Shown here piece by piece: positions 10,332 through 18,837 of a DNA stretch of 64,000 nucleotides. The notes below the pieces were generated by a model that was not told where the DNA came from, did no database searches, and saw nothing but the letters and a program-made list of their open reading frames with translations. A program made the position numbers and the translations under genes. The stretch comes from Vulcanimicrobiota bacterium (GTDB lineage Bacteria; Vulcanimicrobiota; Vulcanimicrobiia; Vulcanimicrobiales; Vulcanimicrobiaceae), in contig CAWGBN010000007.1 in the NCBI GenBank assembly GCA_963820825.1, positions 1-64,000 of the forward strand, read 5' to 3'. Positions within the stretch are counted from its first letter, which is position 1. The number at the start of each line of letters is the position of its first letter.

Positions 10332-11321
10332 CCGTTCGCTTCTTCTGCCTCCAGGTTCGCCGGCGACGCCGGTTCGGCGACCGGCTGGAGCGACCACTCG
10401 TAGGCCGGGTACCCATCGACTTCCCGGCCGGTCGGTCGGAATCCGGAGCGATCCTCGAGCGCGTCGTAGACGTTTTTGCTCGAGCCACAGCGTGCCGGGC
10501 GTCGCATACTTCTGCATGTGGCCGGCAATGTCGATCGTACGCTCGACCAACTTTTCGACCGTCGAATCCTCGAAGATGACCACTTCGCCTTCATTCACGC
10601 CGCAGCGAACCTCGAACCTCTCCTTCAGCCGGTTCGCGCGCTCGTTGAAGGCCGGCAGCTGTTGCAGAATGCTCTGCGCCGCCTTGATCGCATCGGAGAG
10701 ATTCAAGAAACAGATCATCACGCCGTCGGGCGTCCATGACTCCTTCCACGCCCGCGTCGCCTTGAACGTACGCCGCAGTAGGTCTTCATACGCGTGAAAG
10801 GTCGAGCTGACGGCGATCTCCGTCTCGCCCGATTTTATCGCGGTCGAGCCGACGACGTCGACCGAGAGAAAGCTGCAGCGCCTGCGTTTGGCTTCGGTGA
10901 GCGCCTTTTCGATCTGCGCGTATTCCTTTAAGAGTTGAGCGCGCGCTTTCTCCGATTCGACGCTCGTCGCCGCCGGAGCAGCCTTCGCCACTGCTGCCGG
11001 CGCCCGTCGCGGCGTTGCGGCCGCGCGCCGTGCGACGGCAAAGAGACGATCCAAGATCACCATGAGCACGTAAAGGATCGCGGCGAGCACGAGCGGCGCG
11101 TAATGTTTTGCCGCGGCGGGCAGCATTCTCGCCACGGGGGCCACGATCGGATCGCCAAAACGGTGGAGCTGAACGACCAGCCACGAGTCCGATATCCCGC
11201 CGATATGCACGAACTGCGCGGCGGAGAGCAGCAGCGACGCGAGGATCAGTAGACTGAGGACGAGGTCGACGATACGCTGCACTCGGTCGGGAACAGCGGA
11301 TGCATTGCCTTTACTTGGCAC
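10328..11321 (-). CDS. Membrane-anchored class III nucleotide cyclase-domain protein, frameshift near 10483
   Basis: N-terminal hydrophobic helices; SVDVVGST, PDGVM, VRCGVNEGEV motifs; C-terminus continues as WL|SKNVYDAL in ORF 10328..10594. Confidence 0.8.
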
Positions 11322-11432
11322 GAAAGAAAAGTTTTTGCCAGGCAGCGGGCAAGGCCTGCCGCCTCCTTCTTAATCGAGGGAGGTAGCGGGCGCCGGTCTG
11401 CGAAGAAATTTCCCGCAAAGGAGAATCACTAC

Positions 11433-11876
11433 ATGCGTTATCTGGCTCTATCGCTCGTCGTCGCCGCGCTCTTAACCGCAACGGCCTGCTCGAGCAAGTC
11501 ATCCTCGAACAGCTCCGATCAATCGACGAGTTCCGATCAGACGGCCACCACGGCGCCGAGCAGCGCCGCAACCGAGTCCGCAACCACGGCAGCGGGCGAT
11601 ATCCCGAGCTATCCCGGCGCAACCAACGAGGCCTCAGGCAGCAATACCTCGATGGGTAAGAGCGAGTCGGGCACGGTCATGTCGACCGACGATTCGTTCG
11701 ATAAAGTCTACACCTGGTATCAGCAGCACATGCCGGCGGGTTCCGAGAAGGCCCACACCGCCTCGCCGCCGACCGCGGTCTTCACCGTCGGCGAAGCGAC
11801 CACCGGATTGAAATCGGTCACCATCTCCGTCTCCGAAGGCCGGACGATGATCACCATCGGCGCCGTCAAGATGTAG
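11433..11876 (+). CDS. Hypothetical lipoprotein with Ser/Thr-rich linker
   Basis: RBS AAGGAG; lipobox ATAC; IPSYPGA..STDDSFDKVYTWY domain. Confidence 0.8.
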   Translation: MRYLALSLVVAALLTATACSSKSSSNSSDQSTSSDQTATTAPSSAATESATTAAGDIPSYPGATNEASGSNTSMGKSESGTVMSTDDSFDKVYTWYQQHMPAGSEKAHTASPPTAVFTVGEATTGLKSVTISVSEGRTMITIGAVKM

Positions 11877-11882
11877 ATCGGC

Positions 11883-12872
11883 TTACGTCGGAGTCGCCAG
11901 GAACCCGTGGGTCTTTCCGAAGCGATCGACGTAATAGCCGACCACGTCGTAGTGGATGTTGATGCTCGTCACGCTCGTCGTGCCGACACCATTGGGATCG
12001 TCAATCGACTGCCACGTTGTATGATTGGGGCGCAGCGGCTCCAATAATAAAAAGCCGTGCGTCTTCCCCGACTTGTCGACGTAGGTGCCGACGATCCGGT
12101 CGAGGATCGTGATCCCGAGGAACTCCGTACTCGTGGCGTGCGGGAATGAATAGAACGTGAACGCGCCGTCGTGGAGCAGAAAGCCCACGATGGTGCCGTT
12201 CGATCGCCGAACGTATCCGGCGATATCGCCCTTCCCGTTGATCCCGGTCGCCACGGTGTCCACGGCGTTCGGCGGCACGATGTCTTTGTACGCGCCGGTC
12301 GTAATCTTCACTTGGAAGGCGTGCTGATGGCGCAGCGCCGTCGAGGTGTACAAGCCCACCGCGATATTCGAGTCGTTGATCCCGAAGAGTTCGGTCGTCG
12401 TGCCGTCGCCCTTCGATTTCGGGTCCTGATAATCCGAAAAAATATTCTGCGTCTCGGTGAAACCGAATACTCCGCCTTTGAGATCGCGGTAGAATCCGGT
12501 CAGCGTCTTGGCGCTGTTCAGTCCCGTCGCTTGCGTGTCGACCGAGAGTGGAAAGATGATCGGCTTATAGTTGATCTGATGGAAGGGTGGGAAGACGACG
12601 TAGCCGCGGTTCGGATGCAGCAAACTGCCCTTGCCGTAGTAACCCACGATGTGCTGCAGGTTGTTGATGCCGAGCAGCTCGTTAAAGCGCGGGTCGAGCT
12701 TGTCGTCGAGCGTGCGAAACTTAAACGCGATCGCCGTCTGCCGCGATGCGCTCGGCGATTCGAGCGCAGCAGCCGGCGGTACCATCTGATGCAATCCGGC
12801 GCACGCGCCGAGACTAGAAACTAGCCCCAGCGCGAACGCCGGAAGTACATACCCCAGCCTCGCTACTGCCAT
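11883..12872 (-). CDS. HAF-like extracellular repeat lipoprotein
   Basis: Lipobox LGAC; repeats GIN....IVG.Y.D..G..HGF. Confidence 0.8.
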   Translation of the reverse strand: MAVARLGYVLPAFALGLVSSLGACAGLHQMVPPAAALESPSASRQTAIAFKFRTLDDKLDPRFNELLGINNLQHIVGYYGKGSLLHPNRGYVVFPPFHQINYKPIIFPLSVDTQATGLNSAKTLTGFYRDLKGGVFGFTETQNIFSDYQDPKSKGDGTTTELFGINDSNIAVGLYTSTALRHQHAFQVKITTGAYKDIVPPNAVDTVATGINGKGDIAGYVRRSNGTIVGFLLHDGAFTFYSFPHATSTEFLGITILDRIVGTYVDKSGKTHGFLLLEPLRPNHTTWQSIDDPNGVGTTSVTSINIHYDVVGYYVDRFGKTHGFLATPT

Positions 12873-12925
12873 GTGCCCTCCCTGTCGCGCTTTCCTTATC
12901 TACGCGCTCGGGGGGGAACCTTGTC

Positions 12926-13693
12926 TTAGGCCGCCTTTCGAAGCCGCGCGGCCTCCAATCCGTTCCAGAAGCTGCCGACGGCGTCGAGGATCGCCGCTCC
13001 GGCGCGCAGGAATCGCTCGGCTGAAAAGCCTGGCTTTGCAAACGCTTCGCGCAGCTCTTCGTCGGTATGCGCCGCGTGATTCTCCTCCAGCGCGTCGTGC
13101 CAGGTCCAGAACCCCAGCGGAAGCTCCGGCAGCCGCTCCGCCTTGACGACGCGCAGCCCGGCGATGAGTTCCTTCCAGAATCCGGCCGCCGCCCAGTGCT
13201 CGATCGCGTACGACGCGCCCGCGGCCGTCGATTCGTCCGCAGCGCTATACCACTCCATCAACGCGTCGCAGAACGCCAGCGTCGACGCACGCCCGTGGCA
13301 GCGCTTCCCGATCTCTTCCCACGTCAGGCCCAGCGCATCGGCGAAGTTCGCCAGCCACTCGAAGTGCCCGGCCGTAAAGCGGAAGGTTCCGCCCTCAATC
13401 GTTCCCGACGGGGTGAAGACGACGCCGAGCTCGTTCATCAGAATCTCCTTCCCCGCGCGGTAGCTCTGCAGATCCGGAGCGTTGATGCACTTGCGAAGCT
13501 GTGCTTCGATGAAGAGATGGCTGAAGACCGAGAACTGCACCGTAAAGTCGCGCAGTTGCACCATGCTCGCCTCTCCGCGAGAGAACCAGCTCGTATAGGC
13601 GTTGTGCCGAACGATCGGGTGTTCGTTGATGCTCCGCGCGACCGCTTCCTCAAACTCGGCGAGGTCGTCGGCTGGCTCGAGAACCGTAGTCAT
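12926..13693 (-). CDS. Heme-oxygenase-like diiron oxidase (HDO; TenA/PqqC/CADD superfamily)
   Basis: N-terminal HP, NE...H(FEWL), AIEH, H..LE..H and C-terminal FW pattern of HO-like diiron proteins; RBS AAGGAG at 13700-13705. Confidence 0.8.
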   Translation of the reverse strand: MTTVLEPADDLAEFEEAVARSINEHPIVRHNAYTSWFSRGEASMVQLRDFTVQFSVFSHLFIEAQLRKCINAPDLQSYRAGKEILMNELGVVFTPSGTIEGGTFRFTAGHFEWLANFADALGLTWEEIGKRCHGRASTLAFCDALMEWYSAADESTAAGASYAIEHWAAAGFWKELIAGLRVVKAERLPELPLGFWTWHDALEENHAAHTDEELREAFAKPGFSAERFLRAGAAILDAVGSFWNGLEAARLRKAA

Positions 13694-13706
13694 AGCACAC
13701 TCCTTG

Positions 13707-13744
13707 AAAATAAAAAAGCCGCCTCGCATCGGCGAGGCGGCTTT
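13707..13744 (-). terminator. Intrinsic terminator (attenuator) in the 5' leader of the HDO gene
   Basis: AAAGCCGCCTCGC-CGAT-GCGAGGCGGCTTT followed by TTTATTTT, immediately before the RBS. Confidence 0.9.
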
Positions 13745-13766
13745 GCACTTTTTACGAACTCGTTCG

Positions 13767-13844
13767 TTACTGCAATGACCCACCTGGCCGACTTCGGTCG
13801 AAGTAGCCGTAATAATAGTAAGCCACAGCCTTAAGAACGAGCAT
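13767..13844 (-). CDS. Tyr-rich leader peptide MLVLKAVAYYYYGYFDRSRPGGSLQ (25 aa)
   Basis: ATG 13844, codons TAC TAT TAT TAC GGC TAC TTC, stop TAA 13767; lies between promoter and terminator. Confidence 0.85.
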   Translation of the reverse strand: MLVLKAVAYYYYGYFDRSRPGGSLQ

Positions 13845-13854
13845 ATTGCAGAGC

Positions 13855-13883
13855 ACTATAGCACATGCCATTCGCATGCGCAA
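13855..13883 (-). promoter_or_regulatory. Sigma70-type promoter of the leader peptide/HDO unit
   Basis: TTGCGC-17 nt-TATAGT with TGn extended -10; leader ATG 10 nt downstream. Confidence 0.8.
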
Positions 13884-13889
13884 GAGCGG

Positions 13890-14318
13890 CTACGGCGCAA
13901 CCAGTCCCGTGACCACCACCAATGCGCCCAGGATTGCGATTGCATCCTCGAGCAGGGCCGCCGGAACTCGGCCGATCGTCGCGATGGCGCGCGTGCGGAC
14001 CATGAGACCGCCATAGGCACCGGCGAGGGCTCCGGCGACGCCGAGCAGCGCGCCCACGACCGCCGAGGAGCCGCCCGCAGCCGTGACCGCCCAGCCGCAG
14101 AACGCGCCGCTGAGGATCCGGGCGACGAGCCCGGCCACGCCCGTCCGCGGCGGCGCCTTGGGATGGAGGTCGCCGGCAAACTCTACGAGCGCGAGCGCCG
14201 CGATGAGATAGGCGACCGGCGATCGATGGCGCATAAGCCAGAGCACCGCCGGCGCGGTGAACGTGCGCAGACCGGCGACGATGCCGATTAGCAACGCGGC
14301 GGCATATGAATCGTACAA
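13890..14318 (-). CDS. Small integral membrane protein (DUF4126-like)
   Basis: GLRTFTAP, E..GD..PK.P.R, ED motifs in a hydrophobic 142-aa ORF. Confidence 0.75.
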   Translation of the reverse strand: MYDSYAAALLIGIVAGLRTFTAPAVLWLMRHRSPVAYLIAALALVEFAGDLHPKAPPRTGVAGLVARILSGAFCGWAVTAAGGSSAVVGALLGVAGALAGAYGGLMVRTRAIATIGRVPAALLEDAIAILGALVVVTGLVAP

Positions 14319-14500
14319 CGCCGGAGAGGATTCGCGGCTTCACACTTTCTTCATCCGGGCGCCCTACCATCACCGCGTGCAGCCGCCCCGTCCTCTTTCC
14401 ACTCGCTCCTCTGCAGCACACTCGGTCATGCCTACAGCATGCCAAGGGACGACGGGCGGCGGCACTCCCGCGCCGGCGTGAGGGAAGGGTCCAGGCCCGG

Positions 14501-15472
14501 CTAGCGTCTAATCCGCCCGTTCTTCACCACTTCGAAGGCCGTGCCCGGAACGCTCTTGAGCTGATCGAGATCGTTATCGTTCCAGCATGTCGACTGACGC
14601 CCGCCCTCGCCTTGGAAGTACCAGTTGCTCCCGTTATCGGCAACGAACATCCCGTACTTCTTCATCGCGACGGCGATCACGAGCGATTGCCCGGTGAGCT
14701 GCGAGATGTCGTACGACGCCTTCATTCGCAAGCGCAATCCCATCGGCGGCAGGTCCTTCGCGCGGCTGTCGCTCGCGTAATGCGTGGCGGGGTGGATGTA
14801 GCCTTCCTGCGTTTCGTTGAAGGTGACGCGCAGCGCGTGATCGATCTCGCCCGCGCGCACCTCGTCGCACTTTATGAGCGCCGGGAGAATCGGCAATCCG
14901 GCCGCATCGGCCGACGTCCAGCCGTCCGGACGCAGCTTGTCGGTATTCAGCGGAAAGATCGCCCCCGAGCCGGCGCGCCAGCTGGCGCCGCCGTCGATCG
15001 GATAGGCATCCCACATCTCGTAGAGTTTACAGACGCCTTGCTGTAAGACCAGGACGTGACGATCGCCGCCGGCGTGGCGGCCGCCCTCGATTTGTGCGTT
15101 GGGCGGAATCGGATAGGGGCCCTTATCGCTCTGCGACTTGTAGTGAAAGTGGACCGGCACCATCTTCTGCGAGCTCGGCACGATGTTGAACGGAATGCCG
15201 TAATGCGGATCGTGCCCGAAGTCGGGATGCAGATTCCCCGGAAGCGCCGCGATATATTTCGACGAGAGCGGATCGAGCGGATACTGCGAGATGTCGGTAT
15301 TCCACCAGTTGTCCGACGGAAAGATCTGGCAGCCGCCGACGACGGGGACGCGTGCCGTCGTGTCCGCGGGCACGGCGCTATTCGCTGCTTGGCTCGTCGA
15401 GAGCGGCGGATTCGTTCCGCCGCACGACGAGAGTACCGCGATCGAGAGGATGAGAGTGAGTGTGCGGTGCAT
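14501..15472 (-). CDS. Hypothetical secreted lipoprotein
   Basis: RBS AGGAGG, start MHRTL, lipobox LSSC; FPSDNWWNTDIS, GDRHVLV, TSADAAGLP, ADNGS motifs. Confidence 0.8.
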   Translation of the reverse strand: MHRTLTLILSIAVLSSCGGTNPPLSTSQAANSAVPADTTARVPVVGGCQIFPSDNWWNTDISQYPLDPLSSKYIAALPGNLHPDFGHDPHYGIPFNIVPSSQKMVPVHFHYKSQSDKGPYPIPPNAQIEGGRHAGGDRHVLVLQQGVCKLYEMWDAYPIDGGASWRAGSGAIFPLNTDKLRPDGWTSADAAGLPILPALIKCDEVRAGEIDHALRVTFNETQEGYIHPATHYASDSRAKDLPPMGLRLRMKASYDISQLTGQSLVIAVAMKKYGMFVADNGSNWYFQGEGGRQSTCWNDNDLDQLKSVPGTAFEVVKNGRIRR

Positions 15473-15553
15473 GGCAGGCCCTCCTAGCTTGCTGGCGACG
15501 ACTTCCGCGCGCGCAGGCGGGCTACCCTCTCGTGCGCGCGAAGTACGGCGCGC

Positions 15554-16555
15554 ATGGCACTTATCGCAGCGGCGGCACTCGCATGTCAGATCACGGTCTT
15601 CCCACGTCACGGCACCTACGTCCCGACCGCGCGCCTGCACGGTCCCGGCCTGCTGCTCGACGGCGCCGGCATCACCGACTCGCCGCCCGCCTCCATCGCC
15701 TGGCTCCATCGCCGGCTGATCGGCAACGACGAGACGCGCGGCGGCAACGTCGTCGTTATTCGCGCGTCGTACTCCGACGTCTACGACCGGCCGATTCGCC
15801 AATACGGAAACTTTGCGTCGGTGCAGACCGTGCTCATTCCGCCCTGCGCCTCGCGCGCCGGAGTCGACTCCGTCGCGGGCGTCATCGACAGAGCCGACGC
15901 GGTCTACTTTGCCGGCGGCGATCAAGCGAACTACGTCGCCTGGAAGGGCAGCGCGATGATGGCGGCGGTCAAGCGCGTCTACGCGCGCGGCGGCGTCGTC
16001 GGCGGTGGCAGCGCCGGCTTGGCGATTCAAGGCGCGGTCGTCTACGACTCGGTCGCCGGCGACCAAATGAACGTGGAGACGCACACGGCCGATGCCGTCG
16101 TCAATCCACTCGAGAAGCGCATCAGCTTCACCACCCGGCTCTTCGCGTGGCCCGCGCTCGCCGCCACGATCACCGATACGCACTTCGTCGTGCGCAATCG
16201 CTTCGGACGCACCGTCGCCTTCCTCACGCGAATTCTTCACGACGGTCTGCTCCCGGGCGCGAGGACGATCTACGCACTCGGCGTCGACGAAGGGAGCGCC
16301 GTCGTCGTCGATCCCGACGGCATGGCTACGCTGATCAACGCAAAAGGCGCACGCGGTGCCTACCTGGTGCGCGCCGATACGCTGCCCACGCTCGAACCCG
16401 GCCGGCCGCTCGACTACACCGTCGACGTTTCGCATCTGAGCCGCAGCGGCGAACGCTTCGATCTCTTGCACAAGCAGACCAACGAGCCGTGGTACGCCGT
16501 CACCGTCGACGGCGCGCGTGCGCCGGTCTACAGCCGCGATCCGTACTCGCCGTGA
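15554..16555 (+). CDS. Cyanophycinase-like peptidase (S51 family)
   Basis: FAGGDQ, GGGSAG nucleophile elbow, DTHF..RNR.GR, GVDE motifs. Confidence 0.88.
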   Translation: MALIAAAALACQITVFPRHGTYVPTARLHGPGLLLDGAGITDSPPASIAWLHRRLIGNDETRGGNVVVIRASYSDVYDRPIRQYGNFASVQTVLIPPCASRAGVDSVAGVIDRADAVYFAGGDQANYVAWKGSAMMAAVKRVYARGGVVGGGSAGLAIQGAVVYDSVAGDQMNVETHTADAVVNPLEKRISFTTRLFAWPALAATITDTHFVVRNRFGRTVAFLTRILHDGLLPGARTIYALGVDEGSAVVVDPDGMATLINAKGARGAYLVRADTLPTLEPGRPLDYTVDVSHLSRSGERFDLLHKQTNEPWYAVTVDGARAPVYSRDPYSP

Positions 16556-17028
16556 GCGTCGCGTACGATCTGCTCGAAGAGCAGCTGCGCGCGCTGCTCG
16601 CCGGCGAGCGCGATTTTATCGCCAACGCCGCCAACTTCGCGGCGTTCGTCTATCACGAGCTCCCCGACGTTAACTGGGCCGGCTTCTATCTCGCAGCGCC
16701 CTCGGGTGAGCTCGTGCTCGGACCTTTCTGCGGCCGGCCGGCCTGCGCGCGTCTACCGGCCGGGCGCGGCGTCTGCGGTGCCGCGGCGTCGCGCCGCGCG
16801 ACTGTCGTCGTCGACGACGTTGCCGCCTTCACCGATCACATCGCCTGCGATCTTGCGTCGCGCGCGGAGATCGTCGTTCCCCTCGTCGTCAACGGCGCGT
16901 TCGCCGGCGTCTTCGATTGCGACAGCCCCGTGCTCGCGCGCTTTACGCAGAGCGATCGCGCGGGGATCGAACGCCTCGTCGGGGTCTTTACCGAATCGCT
17001 TCGCGCTGCGGTGACTCCGGCACGCTGA
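16552..17028 (+). CDS. msrC: GAF-domain free methionine-(R)-sulfoxide reductase-like protein
   Basis: NWAGFY, LGPF.G.PAC, GRGVCG, HIACD, EIVVP motifs; GTG overlaps upstream TGA. Confidence 0.85.
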   Translation: MSVAYDLLEEQLRALLAGERDFIANAANFAAFVYHELPDVNWAGFYLAAPSGELVLGPFCGRPACARLPAGRGVCGAAASRRATVVVDDVAAFTDHIACDLASRAEIVVPLVVNGAFAGVFDCDSPVLARFTQSDRAGIERLVGVFTESLRAAVTPAR

Positions 17029-18196
17029 TCGCGACCCAGGCGAAGTTCGCCAGCGCCATCGCGCCGATCGTTAAAAAGACCGCTTCGAACCCAAAACGCG
17101 CCGCGATCGCGCCGCCCATCAGCGGACCGCAGAACATTCCCAGAAACGTCGCGCTCGAGGTGATGCCGTAGACCTGTCCGCGCCGTTCGAGCGGAAAGAT
17201 TCGTCCGATCAGCGCGTTTGCGGTGGGTAGAACGCCGCCCAGGAAGAGTCCGACGCCGAAGCGCAGCGCAATGAACGCCGCAACGCTGCGCGCGAAGGCC
17301 TGCGGAATCGTAAAGAAGGCGACGCCGCAGAGCGCGATCAGCAGCACGCGCCGGTAACCGATGCGATCGCTGCGTTTGCCCAGAAACGGCGATGCGATGA
17401 GATCGGCCAGGCCAGTTACCGCAAAGGCAAGACCGGCCGCAGTCGCCAGCCACGGAACGTTCCCGACAAGCGCGCGCACGAAGAGCGGCACGATCGGCTG
17501 CACGCCGAATGCGACCACTTGCGCGAGCAGCACCACGACGAACATCGGCGCGAGCCGCGGATGCGTAGCCACTTCTGCGAGCGCGGTGAAGAATGGCGTG
17601 CGCCCCTTGCTCAGCGGTTCCGGGCGGAAGTGTTCGTGCAGGAAGAGCACGCAGACGAGCGCGGCCGCCGCGGCGACGATCGAGGTCGCGAAGAAGACGT
17701 GACGGTAGTCGCCGAGGCGATCGGCGAGCAATCCCCCGAAGAGCGGCCCGCAGAGGCCGCCGATGAGCTGGCCGGTCGTCATCCAGCCGAGCGAGAAGCC
17801 GAGCATCTCTTCGGGAACCTGCGTGCCGACCATCGCAATCGCCGCGGCCGAGAAGCCGCTGAAGACCCCCATGCAGGCGCGCGCCCCGAAGAGCTGCCAG
17901 ACATTCTGCACGAGCCCCATCAGGGCGGTAAAGACCGCGATCGCAATACACGACCGCACCACCATCGCCTTGCGCCCGGTGCGATCGGCGATGCCGCCCC
18001 AGACCGGCGAGAAGATTGCGGCCATCAGGAAGTTCACCGATGCGATGACGCCGGACCACGCGGCGACGGCCGCGATCGGCTTAACGCCGAGCTGAATGAC
18101 GAAGAGCGGTAGAAACGGTCCGGAGACGGAGAAGGCGAACGACATCATCGCCTGCACCGTCACCATCAGCCAGAGGGTGCGCTGCCAGGAGCTCAC
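16988..18196 (-). CDS. MFS transporter (DHA1, MdtG-like)
   Basis: About 12 TM segments; WG..ADR.GRK and G..SDRIGYRR motif A copies. Confidence 0.9.
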   Translation of the reverse strand: MSSWQRTLWLMVTVQAMMSFAFSVSGPFLPLFVIQLGVKPIAAVAAWSGVIASVNFLMAAIFSPVWGGIADRTGRKAMVVRSCIAIAVFTALMGLVQNVWQLFGARACMGVFSGFSAAAIAMVGTQVPEEMLGFSLGWMTTGQLIGGLCGPLFGGLLADRLGDYRHVFFATSIVAAAAALVCVLFLHEHFRPEPLSKGRTPFFTALAEVATHPRLAPMFVVVLLAQVVAFGVQPIVPLFVRALVGNVPWLATAAGLAFAVTGLADLIASPFLGKRSDRIGYRRVLLIALCGVAFFTIPQAFARSVAAFIALRFGVGLFLGGVLPTANALIGRIFPLERRGQVYGITSSATFLGMFCGPLMGGAIAARFGFEAVFLTIGAMALANFAWVAISVPESPQREAIR

Positions 18197-18211
18197 CCCA
18201 TGGCTCTACCG

Positions 18212-18781
18212 TTACTGGGGCGGCGCGCCCTCCATCGGCATCCCGCCATGCATCATCCCGTGCATCATCATCCCCATCATGGGGTGCGGCGAGAGCGCCA
18301 TCAGCAGGATGGTCCCGGCATCCGAGGGCGGGTGCATCATCATCCCGTGGTTGCGCCCGTCCATCATCGATTGATGGCCCGCGGGCATCTCGTTCTGCAT
18401 CTCGGTGCGCATCTGTTCGTGCAGTTGGCGCATCTGCGAGTGAAACGAGTTTGCCAGCGAGAGGATCCGCGACCGTTCGCCCCCGGAGAGGATCCGGTCG
18501 ATCTGCTTGGCCGCTGCCTGGGTGTCGGGGTTCTGCGCGATCGCAAGCTCGCCGATGGTCGCGCCGATAGCCCGCAGGTGCACCGAACTCATCGAGCCGA
18601 GGATCTGCGTGCGCATCTGCTGATGGAGCTGCTCCATCTGCTGTCCGAAGCGCTCGAAGGTTTGATGCACCGCCTGACGCTGGGCGTCGGTCGGTGCCGC
18701 CGGAGCGTTCGCATCCTGCGCGAATGCCGCCGTGGGAAGTACGCTCAGCGCAAGCGCCAGCGCTAGTAAGGATTTATTCAT
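18212..18781 (-). CDS. Secreted helical Met/His-rich protein (Spy/CpxP-like)
   Basis: Signal peptide ending AFA; two Q..QLH.QMR helices; HPMMGMMMHGMMHGGMPM tail. Confidence 0.75.
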   Translation of the reverse strand: MNKSLLALALALSVLPTAAFAQDANAPAAPTDAQRQAVHQTFERFGQQMEQLHQQMRTQILGSMSSVHLRAIGATIGELAIAQNPDTQAAAKQIDRILSGGERSRILSLANSFHSQMRQLHEQMRTEMQNEMPAGHQSMMDGRNHGMMMHPPSDAGTILLMALSPHPMMGMMMHGMMHGGMPMEGAPPQ

Positions 18782-18814
18782 ATGCTATTCTACGTTTCGC
18801 TTTCGTAAAGGTTG

Positions 18815-18831
18815 CTGAGAGCCGCCTGAGG
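18815..18831 (-). promoter_or_regulatory. OmpR/MprA-like direct-repeat box upstream of the Met/His-rich gene
   Basis: CCTCAG-gcggc-TCTCAG, 22 nt upstream of -10 TAGAAT (18787-18792). Confidence 0.6.
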
Positions 18832-18837
18832 ATAGCG

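Noticed and set aside
13707..13860. HDO leader as a T-box or metabolite riboswitch
   Set aside because: No T-box (UGGNACC) or known aptamer motif is visible and the region is short; the Tyr-rich ORF explains the terminator better.
15554..16555. Cyanophycin metabolism locus
   Set aside because: No cyanophycin synthetase is in the window, and the S51 fold alone does not establish the substrate.
14501..17028. 656-aa and 522-aa ORFs that look like large fusion proteins
   Set aside because: Their 5' parts overlap the cyanophycinase-like gene; the real genes start at 15472 (minus) and 16552 (plus).
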